This document shows, piece after piece, positions 1-10,002 of a stretch of DNA of 64,000 nucleotides. Below the pieces are notes generated by a model, which made no database searches, was not told where the DNA came from, and was given only the letters and a program-made list of their open reading frames with translations. The translations under genes and the position numbers were made by a program. Position 1 is the stretch's first letter, and each line of letters starts with the position of its first letter. This stretch comes from a virus (lineage: Duplodnaviria; Caudoviricetes). The stretch is taken from the IMG/VR virus record IMGVR_UViG_3300019378_000951, positions 152,391 through 216,390 of that record, one strand, 5' to 3'.

Positions 1-1
1 A

Positions 2-1102
2 ATAACTTCACAAACAGATAATATAATTCTATCAGGAGAATTTGGAGATGATAGATTAGATAAAGTTAAAAACAATTTTGGAGATTTATTAAATTCATTT
101 TCAATACAACAACGTACTAATGAACTAATAAAAATCTTCCCAGAAGTTGACAAGTACGAACTTAAAAAGATAGCAGAAAAAGTAATACAAGAAGGAATAA
201 CTGATTATAAACAATTTGCTGCAAGAAAGTTAATGATAGACGCAGAGAATAAAACTTTAAATGCTGCTAAAAAGAAAAGACCTAATAAAAATGACTTTAT
301 AAACAAAGGATTAACTAGTTCATTCTCTAAAGATGAGATAAATGTAGGTTCTGAATCTGATTATAAGCTGCTAAGCGATTCTATAACTAATAAAGAAAAT
401 GAACCTAAAAGACCAGAAGATGATATGCCTATATTATGTGAAGCAGTAACTGATAATCCTGATTATGAAAATCTTTGTGATATATTAGAAAGAGAAACTG
501 AAAACTTAGTAGTTGTAGCGTATCAAGAAGAAGATATGATGGAAATTGCAGTTATAGTAACTAATGATGGAAAAGAAATTAAATTAATAAAAGCAATAAT
601 AGAAAAGAATAAATTAGGAACTTATGATGTAACATTTAGATTAAAAGCATCTGAAGAGATAGAAAATTTAGAAGATGGGGATGCAATTTACGCTCAAGAA
701 GATAAAATGATAATATCTGCTGAATGTTATATGGATGCATTATTATCTGAAAAAGAATCTTTAAACAGTGTAAAATTAACAGAAAGTTTAGTAGAAAAAA
801 CTCCTGATAATCAAATTGTAATAAATGCACCTAAAATGGGAGAAGACTTATTATCATTAGGACAAACTAGATTATCTGAGATATTTGAAGGGATAAGTGA
901 AGGAATAGCAAACCCTAAAAACACTTTACAACAAGATGTTGTATTAAATGGACAAGCATTCTTAGCAGAATGTGAATATACAGTTGGTAAAGACACTTAT
1001 TTAGCAGTAACACTTAATAACGAAATTCCTTTATATATAACTAAAGATAAGAATGCTTGTAAAACAGCATATAGAGAATTATTAAAAGTTTTCAATAGCT
1101 AA
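2..1102 (+). CDS. Hypothetical acidic protein, 5'-partial (reading frame open from the window edge)
   Basis: The frame of ORF 233..1102 is open back to position 2 (ITSQTDNIILSGEFGDD...). A strong hairpin terminator follows. Confidence 0.75.
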   Translation: MTSQTDNIILSGEFGDDRLDKVKNNFGDLLNSFSIQQRTNELIKIFPEVDKYELKKIAEKVIQEGITDYKQFAARKLMIDAENKTLNAAKKKRPNKNDFINKGLTSSFSKDEINVGSESDYKLLSDSITNKENEPKRPEDDMPILCEAVTDNPDYENLCDILERETENLVVVAYQEEDMMEIAVIVTNDGKEIKLIKAIIEKNKLGTYDVTFRLKASEEIENLEDGDAIYAQEDKMIISAECYMDALLSEKESLNSVKLTESLVEKTPDNQIVINAPKMGEDLLSLGQTRLSEIFEGISEGIANPKNTLQQDVVLNGQAFLAECEYTVGKDTYLAVTLNNEIPLYITKDKNACKTAYRELLKVFNS

Positions 1103-1109
1103 AAATTAT

Positions 1110-1152
1110 AAAAGTAAAAAGTACTATTTGTTTAGTACTTTTTACTTTTTTT
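1110..1152 (+). terminator. Rho-independent terminator (possibly bidirectional)
   Basis: aaaagtaaaaagtacta-loop-tagtactttttactttt inverted repeat with a T-tract. Confidence 0.7.
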
Positions 1153-1205
1153 GTTTTAAAAGAACACATTATCATTATTTTAGATAAAATTGGAGGTGCT
1201 AAAAA

Positions 1206-2675
1206 ATGATAGTTAAAAAATGTGCGACGAGAATAATAATCGAAAATGTAGAAAAGGACAGTCAGTTGTACAAAGCTCTTGTTAGGGCGTTGTCAGTGTG
1301 GGATCAAGTATATCATAAGTATGTAATGCCAATATATTACTATGATGAAGATAAGAAAATTTTCTATGTACCGGGCGGATATTCTTTGGATAAATTAAAA
1401 AATTTATTTTATGAATCAAGTATTCCATTTGAATTGATAGATGTTTCAGAAGAAACACGTTTAAAACCTAGAGCAATGCATAAAGTTAATATGACTTTTC
1501 CTCCAAGAGATGATTTACAAAAAGCAGCTATTAGATTTTTATCTAATAAAACAGAATATGCTAAGAATGCTAATCAAAAATTATTATCTCTTAAAACTGG
1601 AGAAGGCAAAACATATTGTGCTATAAATTATTGTGTAAGTAATAGAGTGGTTCCAATGATATTTGTAGATCAAGAAAAATTAGGCAACCAATGGATAGAC
1701 GCAATAAAACAATTTACAGATTGTACAGATAACAATATTTATTATATATCAGGACAATCAAGTATAAATTCTCTTTTATCTAAAAAGAAAAAAGATATAA
1801 AAGAATATAAATTCTTTATAGCTATTCATAGAACTATATCTAATTATATGGAAAAAAATTTTAATCAAATGAATAAATTAATGGAACATCTTGGAATAGG
1901 TGTTAAGATATTTGATGAAGCTCATGTTGAAATTATGTCAATGTTTAACATAGATGAAGCAACAGATGTTAATAGTATATATCTTACTGCAACTCCATCT
2001 AGAAGTAATCCTAAAGAAAATGGAATGTATAAAACTGCTATAAGAGAGACAAAGGTATTTAGTACAGACAAAGGAATATTTAAAAAAGAGCCATATCTTA
2101 ATATCCTTTTAGCCATGACTAACAGTAATCCCAAAACTAATGATACTGTTAAATTTAATAATAAGTATGGATTTAATCTTAATGGTTATTCGTCGTTTAT
2201 GGAAAAAGACAATAATTATGAATTCTTCTTATCAAAGATAACTAGACTAATTGACTTTGCTAATAAAACAACTAATAGAAAAATCGCTATAATTTTACAC
2301 ACATTGAATATGGTTTCAAAAGTTTATGATTCATTAACAAATCAGTATCCAGATTTAATTATAAATCGTTTTGACAGCACTGTAAAAACTGATAGGGAAG
2401 AGATACTGAATAACTCGAATATAATTATCACTACTGACATGACGTTCAATAAAGGAATAGATATAAAAGGTTTAGAAGTGGTTATAAACTTAGTTCCAGT
2501 TGGAAGTGCTACTAAAAACGAACAGATGATAGGAAGATTAAGAGAATTACCAGGAAAAGAAGTATGGTTTTTTGATGTAATAGATGTGGGAGTTCCTGAA
2601 ATGCCAGGTATACTTAATAAGAAAAAAGTAGTATATACTAAACGTGCAAAACGTATTAAAACAATCACATTTTAA
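1206..2675 (+). CDS. Superfamily 2 (DEAH, UvsW-like) helicase
   Basis: Walker A LKTGEGKT, IFDEAH, motif III TAT, motif V KGID, motif VI QMIGRLR; SD ggagg upstream. Confidence 0.9.
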   Translation: MIVKKCATRIIIENVEKDSQLYKALVRALSVWDQVYHKYVMPIYYYDEDKKIFYVPGGYSLDKLKNLFYESSIPFELIDVSEETRLKPRAMHKVNMTFPPRDDLQKAAIRFLSNKTEYAKNANQKLLSLKTGEGKTYCAINYCVSNRVVPMIFVDQEKLGNQWIDAIKQFTDCTDNNIYYISGQSSINSLLSKKKKDIKEYKFFIAIHRTISNYMEKNFNQMNKLMEHLGIGVKIFDEAHVEIMSMFNIDEATDVNSIYLTATPSRSNPKENGMYKTAIRETKVFSTDKGIFKKEPYLNILLAMTNSNPKTNDTVKFNNKYGFNLNGYSSFMEKDNNYEFFLSKITRLIDFANKTTNRKIAIILHTLNMVSKVYDSLTNQYPDLIINRFDSTVKTDREEILNNSNIIITTDMTFNKGIDIKGLEVVINLVPVGSATKNEQMIGRLRELPGKEVWFFDVIDVGVPEMPGILNKKKVVYTKRAKRIKTITF

Positions 2676-2693
2676 GTGAAGAAAGGAAGGAAA

Positions 2694-3128
2694 ATGAACG
2701 ACGTTGAACTAAGAATTAATAAATTTATATATTTATTAGATCTAACAAACAATAAAGAATTAGTTAATATTAAAAAGTATACAATTACTAAATTTAGAGA
2801 GGACTTACTGTTTGATACAGATAGTCCTGTTTTAAAATCTTTAAAGTATACAATAGACCAAATTGAAGATAGATGCGGAAGAATTAATATTTACAGATTT
2901 AATGTAATAGATATTAAAGAAAGAGAAGTAATGTATCAATTAATTAATAATGAAAATCGAAAAGAATTTATTAAAAAATTCAATGAAGAAATGTATGAAG
3001 GCTATTTATATTTCGTAGAATCAACTAAATCTAAAAAACCTTTATTGTTAATATATGCGGATAAATCGGATAATGCACCTTATAGATCTGAAAATTTTAA
3101 TGATGACAGATTTGTCGTATTAATGTAA
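2694..3128 (+). CDS. Hypothetical protein
   Basis: ORF 2676..3128; the ATG at 2694 follows aaggaagg and is the more likely start. Confidence 0.7.
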   Translation: MNDVELRINKFIYLLDLTNNKELVNIKKYTITKFREDLLFDTDSPVLKSLKYTIDQIEDRCGRINIYRFNVIDIKEREVMYQLINNENRKEFIKKFNEEMYEGYLYFVESTKSKKPLLLIYADKSDNAPYRSENFNDDRFVVLM

Positions 3129-3150
3129 AAATCAATTTGTTTTTCAAATA

Positions 3151-3158
3151 TATACTAT
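3151..3158 (+). promoter_or_regulatory. Putative early phage promoter motif TATACTAT upstream of clpC
   Basis: The same AA..TATA(T/C)TAT motif recurs at 8611, 12860, 40370 (+) and 51156, 56332 (-) before non-structural genes; resembles the phiKZ early motif TATATTAC. Confidence 0.55.
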
Positions 3159-3228
3159 AATTTTGACAGTGAAAAGGTGTAGACTCAATATATTAAAAAA
3201 TTAAATTAAATTTAGGAGGTACTGCCAT

Positions 3229-6200
3229 ATGTTAAGTTTAAGTAGAGAAGTTAAAATGAGTATAGAGAAAGCTGCTGAATTATCTAAAGAGTTTAATAAT
3301 GTTGTAAGTGATGATATGATATTATTAGCATTCTTAACTGAAGAAGGTTCTCTAGCTAGAACAGTATTAGAAGACAATGGAATAACTTATGAAAAAGTTG
3401 AAGAAGAAATTAAAGCGATGAAGAGTACAAATCCTGGAATAAGATACACATATAAAGAATCAGCTGAAGAAGGAGAATTAACTCCTAATGCAGTTAAAGT
3501 TATAGAAGCATCAGATGAGATAGCAAGAGTAATGAATGATTCTGAGATAGGAACTCATCATGTATTAATATCTATGTTAATGCATGATACAGTAGGACAT
3601 AAAGTTATAAGTAACTTAACTGATGATAATAAGTTAATAATGAACATGTTAATGGATTTAGGAGTAGATTTAGGAAACTCTGTATTTGCTAGTAAAACAT
3701 CAATAAAAGTAACTGAATTACCTAAGTATGCAACTGACTTATGTAAAGAAGCTAGAGAAGGAAGACTAGATCCACTTATAGGAAGACAAGAAGAATTAGA
3801 TAGAATAACTCAAATCTTATGTAGAAAAACTAAAAACAATCCAGTACTATTAGGAGATTCAGGGGTTGGTAAAACTGTTATCATAGAAGGTTTAGCACAA
3901 AGAATAGTTGACGGAAATGTACCAGTTAAATTAAGAGACAAACAAATTTGGTCTTTAAATGTAGGTGCTTTAATAGCAGGAGCTAAGTACAGAGGTAGAT
4001 AGTTTTAATATCTCAAATCAATAAATGGAAGTGAATATTTATGCCAAAACGTATAGATATACCTTCTGAAACTATGCAAAAGGTAATAAAACTTCTCTCA
4101 GAAAATCCAGAAATGACACTTAATCAAGTGATAAAAGAATTAGACTTAGGTATCAATAGAAGTACACTCTCTAGAAAATTAAGAAGAATGAATTTCACCG
4201 AGCATTCTAAAAAATCACCTAATATATCAAAAACTTATTCAGACGAAGACATTAAAGAATTTTATAATGAATTAATAGAAAATGGTAAATCCTTAACAGA
4301 ATTTTGTGATGAGAATAGTATTTCTCTTAGTACATTATCTCTTAGAATGAAAGAATTAAATTTACCATACACTAGTAAACAAGTTAAAAGTCTGAATCAT
4401 GATTATTTTGATGTATTAACCAATAATAATGCATATTGGTTGGGATTTATATTAGCTGATGGTTATGTATCCAATGAAGATAATAGTATAGAATTAGGTT
4501 TGAAAGATAGAGATCACATTGAGAAATTTAAAGAAAGCCTAGATTCTAAACATGCAATAACTGAAAAGTTAGATGAACGATGGGATACAAAACTATACAA
4601 AATTAAATTTCATTCAGCTAAGATAAAAGAAAGATTTGCTCAATTAGGAATAGAACCATTAAAGACTTATAAACCTTATATAATTCCAGAAGAGATTGTT
4701 AATTCCGGAATGTTAACTGATTTTATAAGAGGTTTCTTTGATGGTGACGGTCATATATCTGAAAGTAGTGATGGTGTATTACAACAAGTAGGATTTACAT
4801 CATATGATAAAACCATATTACTTGAATTAAAAGATATAATTTCTAGAGAACTTGATATCGAGTTTAAAATTTATAATAGAGATGATGGTAATTATCAACT
4901 GTCTAATTATAAAAATGGAGATAAAGAGAAGTTTTTGAGCTGGCTGTACAAAGATTCAGAGTTATATCTGAACAGAAAATTTGAGAGATATTTAAAACAT
5001 TGCCGTCCAGATTAGGAAACTATCTGGATTATAACCGGACAATATCGGTAAAAGCTAAGTCGAAAGATATGCCAATACCGAGATAAGTATATGATCCAAA
5101 AGTCATATACCATCGTAACGCGTAGTAGGTGAACCTATTATACTTGACAAATGTGTAATAGAATATAATCCTACCAAGAGTGTCCGGCACGATATTCTAT
5201 AGGAATATCCGTTTGGAGTTATACACCAAACGCCTAACGTTCTGAACGAGGGTGAAAATGTACGCTAGGCTGGGTTGGAATTGACCAACCGATGCAAATG
5301 AGGGAAACCTCCAGAGGTATGGATAAAAAGCCATACGTTAATAACAATCCGGAGTTTGAAGAAAGAATACAAAAGATAATGAAAGAAATTGCAGCTAACC
5401 CAGGAAGAATAATATTATTCATAGATGAAACTCATACAGTAATGGGATGTGGATCTTCAGGTGATGGAAACTTAGATATGTCTAACATGTTAAAACCAGC
5501 ATTAGCAAGAGGAGAAATGCAAATGGTTGGTGCAACAACAATAAAAGAATATAGACAAAACATAGAACCTGATGCAGCATTCGCAAGAAGACTTCAAACA
5601 GTTAACATTGAAGAACCTTCTAAAGAAGATACAATAAAAATCTTAAAAGGAATAAGAGAAACTTATGAAAAATTCCATAAAGTTTTCATAAGTGACGAAA
5701 TGATAGAAAAAATGGTAGATTTATCTTCTAGATATATAACTGATAGACATTTACCAGATAAAGCAATAGACTTAATGGATGAAGCTGCTGCTAAAGTTAA
5801 TATATTCTCTAGTCATTCTGCATTTGAAAAAGCAATAAAAGAAAAAGAAGAAAAGAAAATGCAATTATTAATGGAAGAGAAGTATGACGAATTATTAGAA
5901 GTAGATGCTGAGATAATAAAATTAGCAGAAGAAAACAAAGACGGAAAATTAATGATAGATGAAGAAGTATTAGCTAACATTATAGAAATGTGGACTAAGA
6001 TACCAGTTGATAAAGTTTTAGAAGATGAAGCTCAACAATTATTACATTTAGAAGATACATTAAGAAAGAAAGTTGTAGGACAAGAAGAAGCATTATTAAA
6101 AGTTTCTGATGCAATAAGAATGAGTAGAGCTGGATTAAACGATCCAACTAAACCATTAGGAAGTTTCTTATTCTGTGGGCCAACAGGAACTGGTAGAGTT

Positions 6201-8211
6201 AATTTTTATACTTGTAATTAGTAAAAGTGGGAGAAAGCAGGATTTAAATTGAGAGGCAAATTTTCAGATGATGATATAATCAAAATGTATAATTATATAA
6301 AAGACAATAATACATCAATAACCAATTATTGTAAAGAAAATCATGTAGATAAATCTAATTTGTGTGAAAGATTTAAAAAATTAAATCTTCCGACATTAAA
6401 TGCTAATAATGCAAAATCTTTTAATGAAAAAGCATTTGATGTTATAAATGATGAAAGCGCATATTGGCTAGGCATATTATTGGCTGATGGTTCAGTACAC
6501 ATTAAAAATGATTCTAAAAAATCACATTATTTAGAATTGTGTATGAAAGATAAAGAACATATTGAAAAGTTTAGAAATTTTCTAAGTTCCAGCCATAAAA
6601 TTTCTAAACGAACTGTAAAATCTAATGGTTCAATTGTTTATAGAATTATAATAGGTTCTAAGTATATGTGTACTAGACTTATAGAATTAGGAATAAAACC
6701 TAATAAAACTTATGAAAAAATTAATTTTAACAATTTTGTAGACAAACAATTTCTGCCATCATTTATTAGAGGTTTCTTTGATGGAGATGGTAGTATCGAT
6801 TTAAATCCATCAAATCATATAAGATATATAGGTTTTACTTCAATGTATGAAGAAAGTTTAAAAAGTCTACAAACTGTTATAAAAGAAAATTGTAATGTTT
6901 ATTTTGATTATCTTGATGTTAGAGAAAGCAAAGCTCCAATGTTAAGGTTGTATAAACAAACTGAAACAATTAAATTTCTAGACTGGATATACGCATCCCC
7001 ACAATGCGTATTAGACAGAAAGTATAACAAGTATAAAAATTGTTGCCGTCCAGATTAGGTAACTATCTGGATGATTACCGGGCAATATCGGTGAAGGCTA
7101 AGTCTCATAAGAGATATGCTAATACCGAGATAAGTATGAGAACTAAAGCACTCATACCATCGTAACGCGTAGTAGGTGAACCTATTATACTTGACAAATG
7201 TATAATAGAATATAATCCTACCAAGAGTGTCCGGCACGATATTCTATAGGAATATCCGTTTAGGAAGTCGTTCCCCTAAACGCCTAACGTTCTGAACGAG
7301 GGTGAAAATGTACGCTAGGCTGGGTTGGAATTGACCAACCGATGCAAATGAGGGAAACCTCCAGAGGTATGGATAAAAAACCATACGTTAATAACAATCC
7401 GAAAACTGCTTTAGCAAAAGCAATAGCTGAGATACAATTTGGTAGTGAAGACAATATGATAAGATTAGATATGGCTGAGTTTAGAGAATCTCATACTATA
7501 TCTAAATTAATAGGTTCGCCTGCTGGTTACATTGGACACCAAGATGGTGGAGGATTAACAGAAGCAGTTAGAAAGAATCCTTACACAGTAGTATTATTTG
7601 ATGAAATTGAAAAAGCGCATCCAGACGTTCTTAATATATTATTAGGAATATTAGATGACGGAAGATTAACAGACAGTAAAGGTGTAACTTGTTCTTTCAA
7701 AAACACAATAGTAATAATGACTTCTAATATAGGATCTAGAACAATAAATCCTAAATCAACAAGTTTAGGATTCAATGCTAAACAAGACAAAAAATCATTA
7801 GAAAATGATAAACATACTAAATTAGATGCTACAATAAGAGAAGAATTAAAGAAAGCATTAAGACCTGAATTGTTAAACAGAATAGATGAGATAGTAACTT
7901 TCAGAGCTTTAACACCAGAAGTATTAAAAGAAATTGTTGTAATAATGACAAAAGATGTAAAAGCAAGATTAAGAGAACAAGAAATTTCTATGTTCCTTGC
8001 TGATGAAACTTTAGCATTCTTAAGTAAAGAAGGTATGGACTTAGAATACGGTGCAAGACCAATAGCAAGAGCTATTAAGAGAGAATTAGAAAAACCGTTA
8101 TCAATAGCAATATTAAAAGGAGAAGTTAAAGCTGGTGAACATATAGAAGCTGTAATGAATGCAGAAGGAACTGCAATAGAGTTTAAAGTTGTCGACAAAG
8201 CTTTAGCATAA
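3229..8211 (+). CDS. clpC: ClpC-type AAA+ unfoldase, three exons: 3229..3996, 5352..6194, 7402..8211 (806 aa spliced)
   Basis: Clp N-repeats, LDPLIGR, GDSGVGKT, GAKYRG|EFEER, ILFIDETH, RHLPDKAIDL, coiled-coil M domain, GPTGTG|KTALAKA, PAGYIG, VLFDEIEKAHP, SLGF ClpP-docking loop, RPELLNRIDE, YGARP. Both junctions restore canonical motifs in phase 0. Confidence 0.93.
3997..5351 (+). mobile_element. Group I intron 1 of clpC (in the NBD1 pore loop), carrying a LAGLIDADG ORF
   Basis: Exon ends in GGT (U) and intron ends ...aacaatccG. IGS-like tgcc at 5001 pairs with ggt|a. P7-like gtaacgcgtag / aatgtacgct. Removal gives AGAKYRG-EFEERI. Confidence 0.88.
4041..5015 (+). CDS. Intron-encoded double-motif LAGLIDADG homing endonuclease with N-terminal HTH repeats
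   Basis: AYWLGFILADG and FIRGFFDGDG motifs; the C-terminus (CRPD*) runs into the ribozyme core. Confidence 0.92.
   Translation: MPKRIDIPSETMQKVIKLLSENPEMTLNQVIKELDLGINRSTLSRKLRRMNFTEHSKKSPNISKTYSDEDIKEFYNELIENGKSLTEFCDENSISLSTLSLRMKELNLPYTSKQVKSLNHDYFDVLTNNNAYWLGFILADGYVSNEDNSIELGLKDRDHIEKFKESLDSKHAITEKLDERWDTKLYKIKFHSAKIKERFAQLGIEPLKTYKPYIIPEEIVNSGMLTDFIRGFFDGDGHISESSDGVLQQVGFTSYDKTILLELKDIISRELDIEFKIYNRDDGNYQLSNYKNGDKEKFLSWLYKDSELYLNRKFERYLKHCRPD
6195..7401 (+). mobile_element. Group I intron 2 of clpC (in the NBD2 Walker A), carrying a LAGLIDADG ORF
   Basis: GGT|aga 5' site and ...aacaatccG 3' end. Core 7044..7401 is nearly identical to 5001..5351. Removal gives GPTGTG-KTALAKA. Confidence 0.88.
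6249..7058 (+). CDS. Intron-encoded double-motif LAGLIDADG homing endonuclease
   Basis: AYWLGILLADG and FIRGFFDGDG; ends CRPD* like its paralogue. Confidence 0.92.
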   Translation: MRGKFSDDDIIKMYNYIKDNNTSITNYCKENHVDKSNLCERFKKLNLPTLNANNAKSFNEKAFDVINDESAYWLGILLADGSVHIKNDSKKSHYLELCMKDKEHIEKFRNFLSSSHKISKRTVKSNGSIVYRIIIGSKYMCTRLIELGIKPNKTYEKINFNNFVDKQFLPSFIRGFFDGDGSIDLNPSNHIRYIGFTSMYEESLKSLQTVIKENCNVYFDYLDVRESKAPMLRLYKQTETIKFLDWIYASPQCVLDRKYNKYKNCCRPD

Positions 8212-8218
8212 TAATTAA

Positions 8219-8250
8219 AACCGGATATGAAATTCATATCCGGTTCTCTC
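8219..8250 (+). terminator. Hairpin after clpC, probable terminator
   Basis: aaccggatatgaa-a-ttcatatccggtt inverted repeat; T-tract is weak. Confidence 0.55.
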
Positions 8251-8312
8251 TCCAAATTTTATAATAAGGAGCGGAAAATGTAATAAAAATTAATTTAAAG
8301 GAGACGAGCCAA

Positions 8313-8552
8313 ATGAAAAAACTTTATACTGATCTAAACAATGATTGCAAGATATTCTGCTGCTACAGCATTAATTTATATAGATACCTTAAGAATAATG
8401 GTTTAAGATATGAAAGAAAGAAAATTGTTGAATGTGAAGATGGCAGTACTAAGACTTGTTGGATGTTTAAAAGAACAGATGCATTTGAATATTTATATAA
8501 ACGATTTGGTGAAGAAAAAGAAAAAGCATTAGGTAGAACAGATGCAAGCTGA
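8313..8552 (+). CDS. Small hypothetical protein (DUF5659-like)
   Basis: FCCYSINLYRYLK...KTCWMFKRT pattern; SD aaggag. Confidence 0.65.
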   Translation: MKKLYTDLNNDCKIFCCYSINLYRYLKNNGLRYERKKIVECEDGSTKTCWMFKRTDAFEYLYKRFGEEKEKALGRTDAS

Positions 8553-8559
8553 TATTAAG

Positions 8560-8596
8560 ATAAGTAACCTTTATATAAAGGTTACTTAATTTTTTT
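8560..8596 (+). terminator. Rho-independent terminator
   Basis: taagtaacctt / aaggttactta stem followed by a T-tract. Confidence 0.7.
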
Positions 8597-8658
8597 GCCG
8601 ATTTTAAATGTATATTATAATATTGGTTAAAGATTAAGTTAAAAAAGGAGGATGTATT

Positions 8659-9999
8659 ATGAATTTAAAGAAAGTTGATAAAACGAAAACTAAATTAATC
8701 GATATACGAAGTTCTGAAATTAAAAAAGATGATTATAATTCTATATTTGTCTTAATAGATGACGAAGATAAAATTGTAGATTCAATATCAGCTTACAATC
8801 ATAGCCCGTTAAGTACTTTGAATATAAATCTTAATTCATTCTGTGGGCATTCAATCGAATTATATGAAGAAAATGATCCTAGAAGATTTGATATTATAGA
8901 CATGATATTACCATATGCCGAAGGCCATAGGAATATATTTACATTAATTTCACATGCTATGGAAAGAAGACTTAATGAAAAAGATGTAATACTTCCATTA
9001 TTGAAAAATGATTGTTACAAACAAGCGATAGAAAGATGGGAAATTATACCAAACTTTTTAGTAAACTTAATAAAGGCTGAAGAAGAATGGTTAGAAGAAA
9101 TTCCAACACCATTTATAAAATTGATTTTTAATATTACTAATAAAAAATCATTCATGGATGGAATTTCAGGTATTATATTTCTTAATGGAGTATTAAGATA
9201 TAATTATATATGGTCTATAGATCGTTCATCAGTCAAAAAAGTTATATATGAAAAATTAAAATCTGAAATGATATTGACGAATATGCATTCAAATTCATCT
9301 GATACAATTATAAATTTATTAAAAGAAACAGGTGATATATTTGATTTTAATGAAATCACTTTTAATAGATCAGATGAAATTAAAATTATTAAAAATTTTA
9401 AAAGTCGTATTTACAGGGGATCAGCAATAGGTAGATGGGAGTTATTATTAAAATCAATGTCTTATAATGATCAATATATTGATATACTAGTTAATAAAAT
9501 TTTACCTAAGATTATTATAAGTGGAAATTTATATGTTACTAAAGTAGAATATTCTGCAATAAATTCAGTTATCCGTTATTTACAAAAACTAGGTAAAACT
9601 AATAATGACGAAGTTATACAAATTTTAAATTCTTATATTTTAGTTCCTAGTTTCTTAGATGCAGGCTACGATGAAGATAGAATAATTGCTATTATAAATT
9701 TAATACCAATTAATGAATTTTATAAGTATGTCAATATAATATTACAGTTTAAAATTTTTAGACACAATATATCTTATATAGATGAAGGCCGTAATATGAT
9801 ATATTTAATACATCAGATATATGATAAAACTAAATGTAAAAAAGTAACAAAGATGATATTAGATAAAATTAACGATTCCAATATTAGAACTAATTATAAA
9901 AAGACATTAAAAATCGAACTTAAAAATGCAATAGAATGGCATAATACTCGTTATCCAGATCAAAAATTTGAAATTGAAATTCCATATGAGGAGGTTTAA
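8659..9999 (+). CDS. Hypothetical protein
   Basis: 446-aa ORF, SD aggagg, early motif at 8611. Confidence 0.8.
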   Translation: MNLKKVDKTKTKLIDIRSSEIKKDDYNSIFVLIDDEDKIVDSISAYNHSPLSTLNINLNSFCGHSIELYEENDPRRFDIIDMILPYAEGHRNIFTLISHAMERRLNEKDVILPLLKNDCYKQAIERWEIIPNFLVNLIKAEEEWLEEIPTPFIKLIFNITNKKSFMDGISGIIFLNGVLRYNYIWSIDRSSVKKVIYEKLKSEMILTNMHSNSSDTIINLLKETGDIFDFNEITFNRSDEIKIIKNFKSRIYRGSAIGRWELLLKSMSYNDQYIDILVNKILPKIIISGNLYVTKVEYSAINSVIRYLQKLGKTNNDEVIQILNSYILVPSFLDAGYDEDRIIAIINLIPINEFYKYVNIILQFKIFRHNISYIDEGRNMIYLIHQIYDKTKCKKVTKMILDKINDSNIRTNYKKTLKIELKNAIEWHNTRYPDQKFEIEIPYEEV

Positions 10000-10002
10000 T
10001 AT

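Noticed and set aside
5144-5169. TTGACA...TATAAT sigma-A-like promoter inside both clpC introns
   Set aside because: The spacer is only 14 nt and the bases form part of an intron hairpin.
5292-5351. Identical N-terminus MQMRETSRGMDKKPYVNNNP on ORFs 5292 and 7342, suggesting separate genes with a shared leader
   Set aside because: It is the translated 3' end of the intron core; no properly spaced SD, and splicing restores canonical ClpC motifs.
4041-7058. LAGLIDADG ORFs as inteins or group II intron maturases
   Set aside because: Stop codons separate them from clpC, there are no intein termini or RT domain, and the boundaries are U|...G, not GUGYG...AY.
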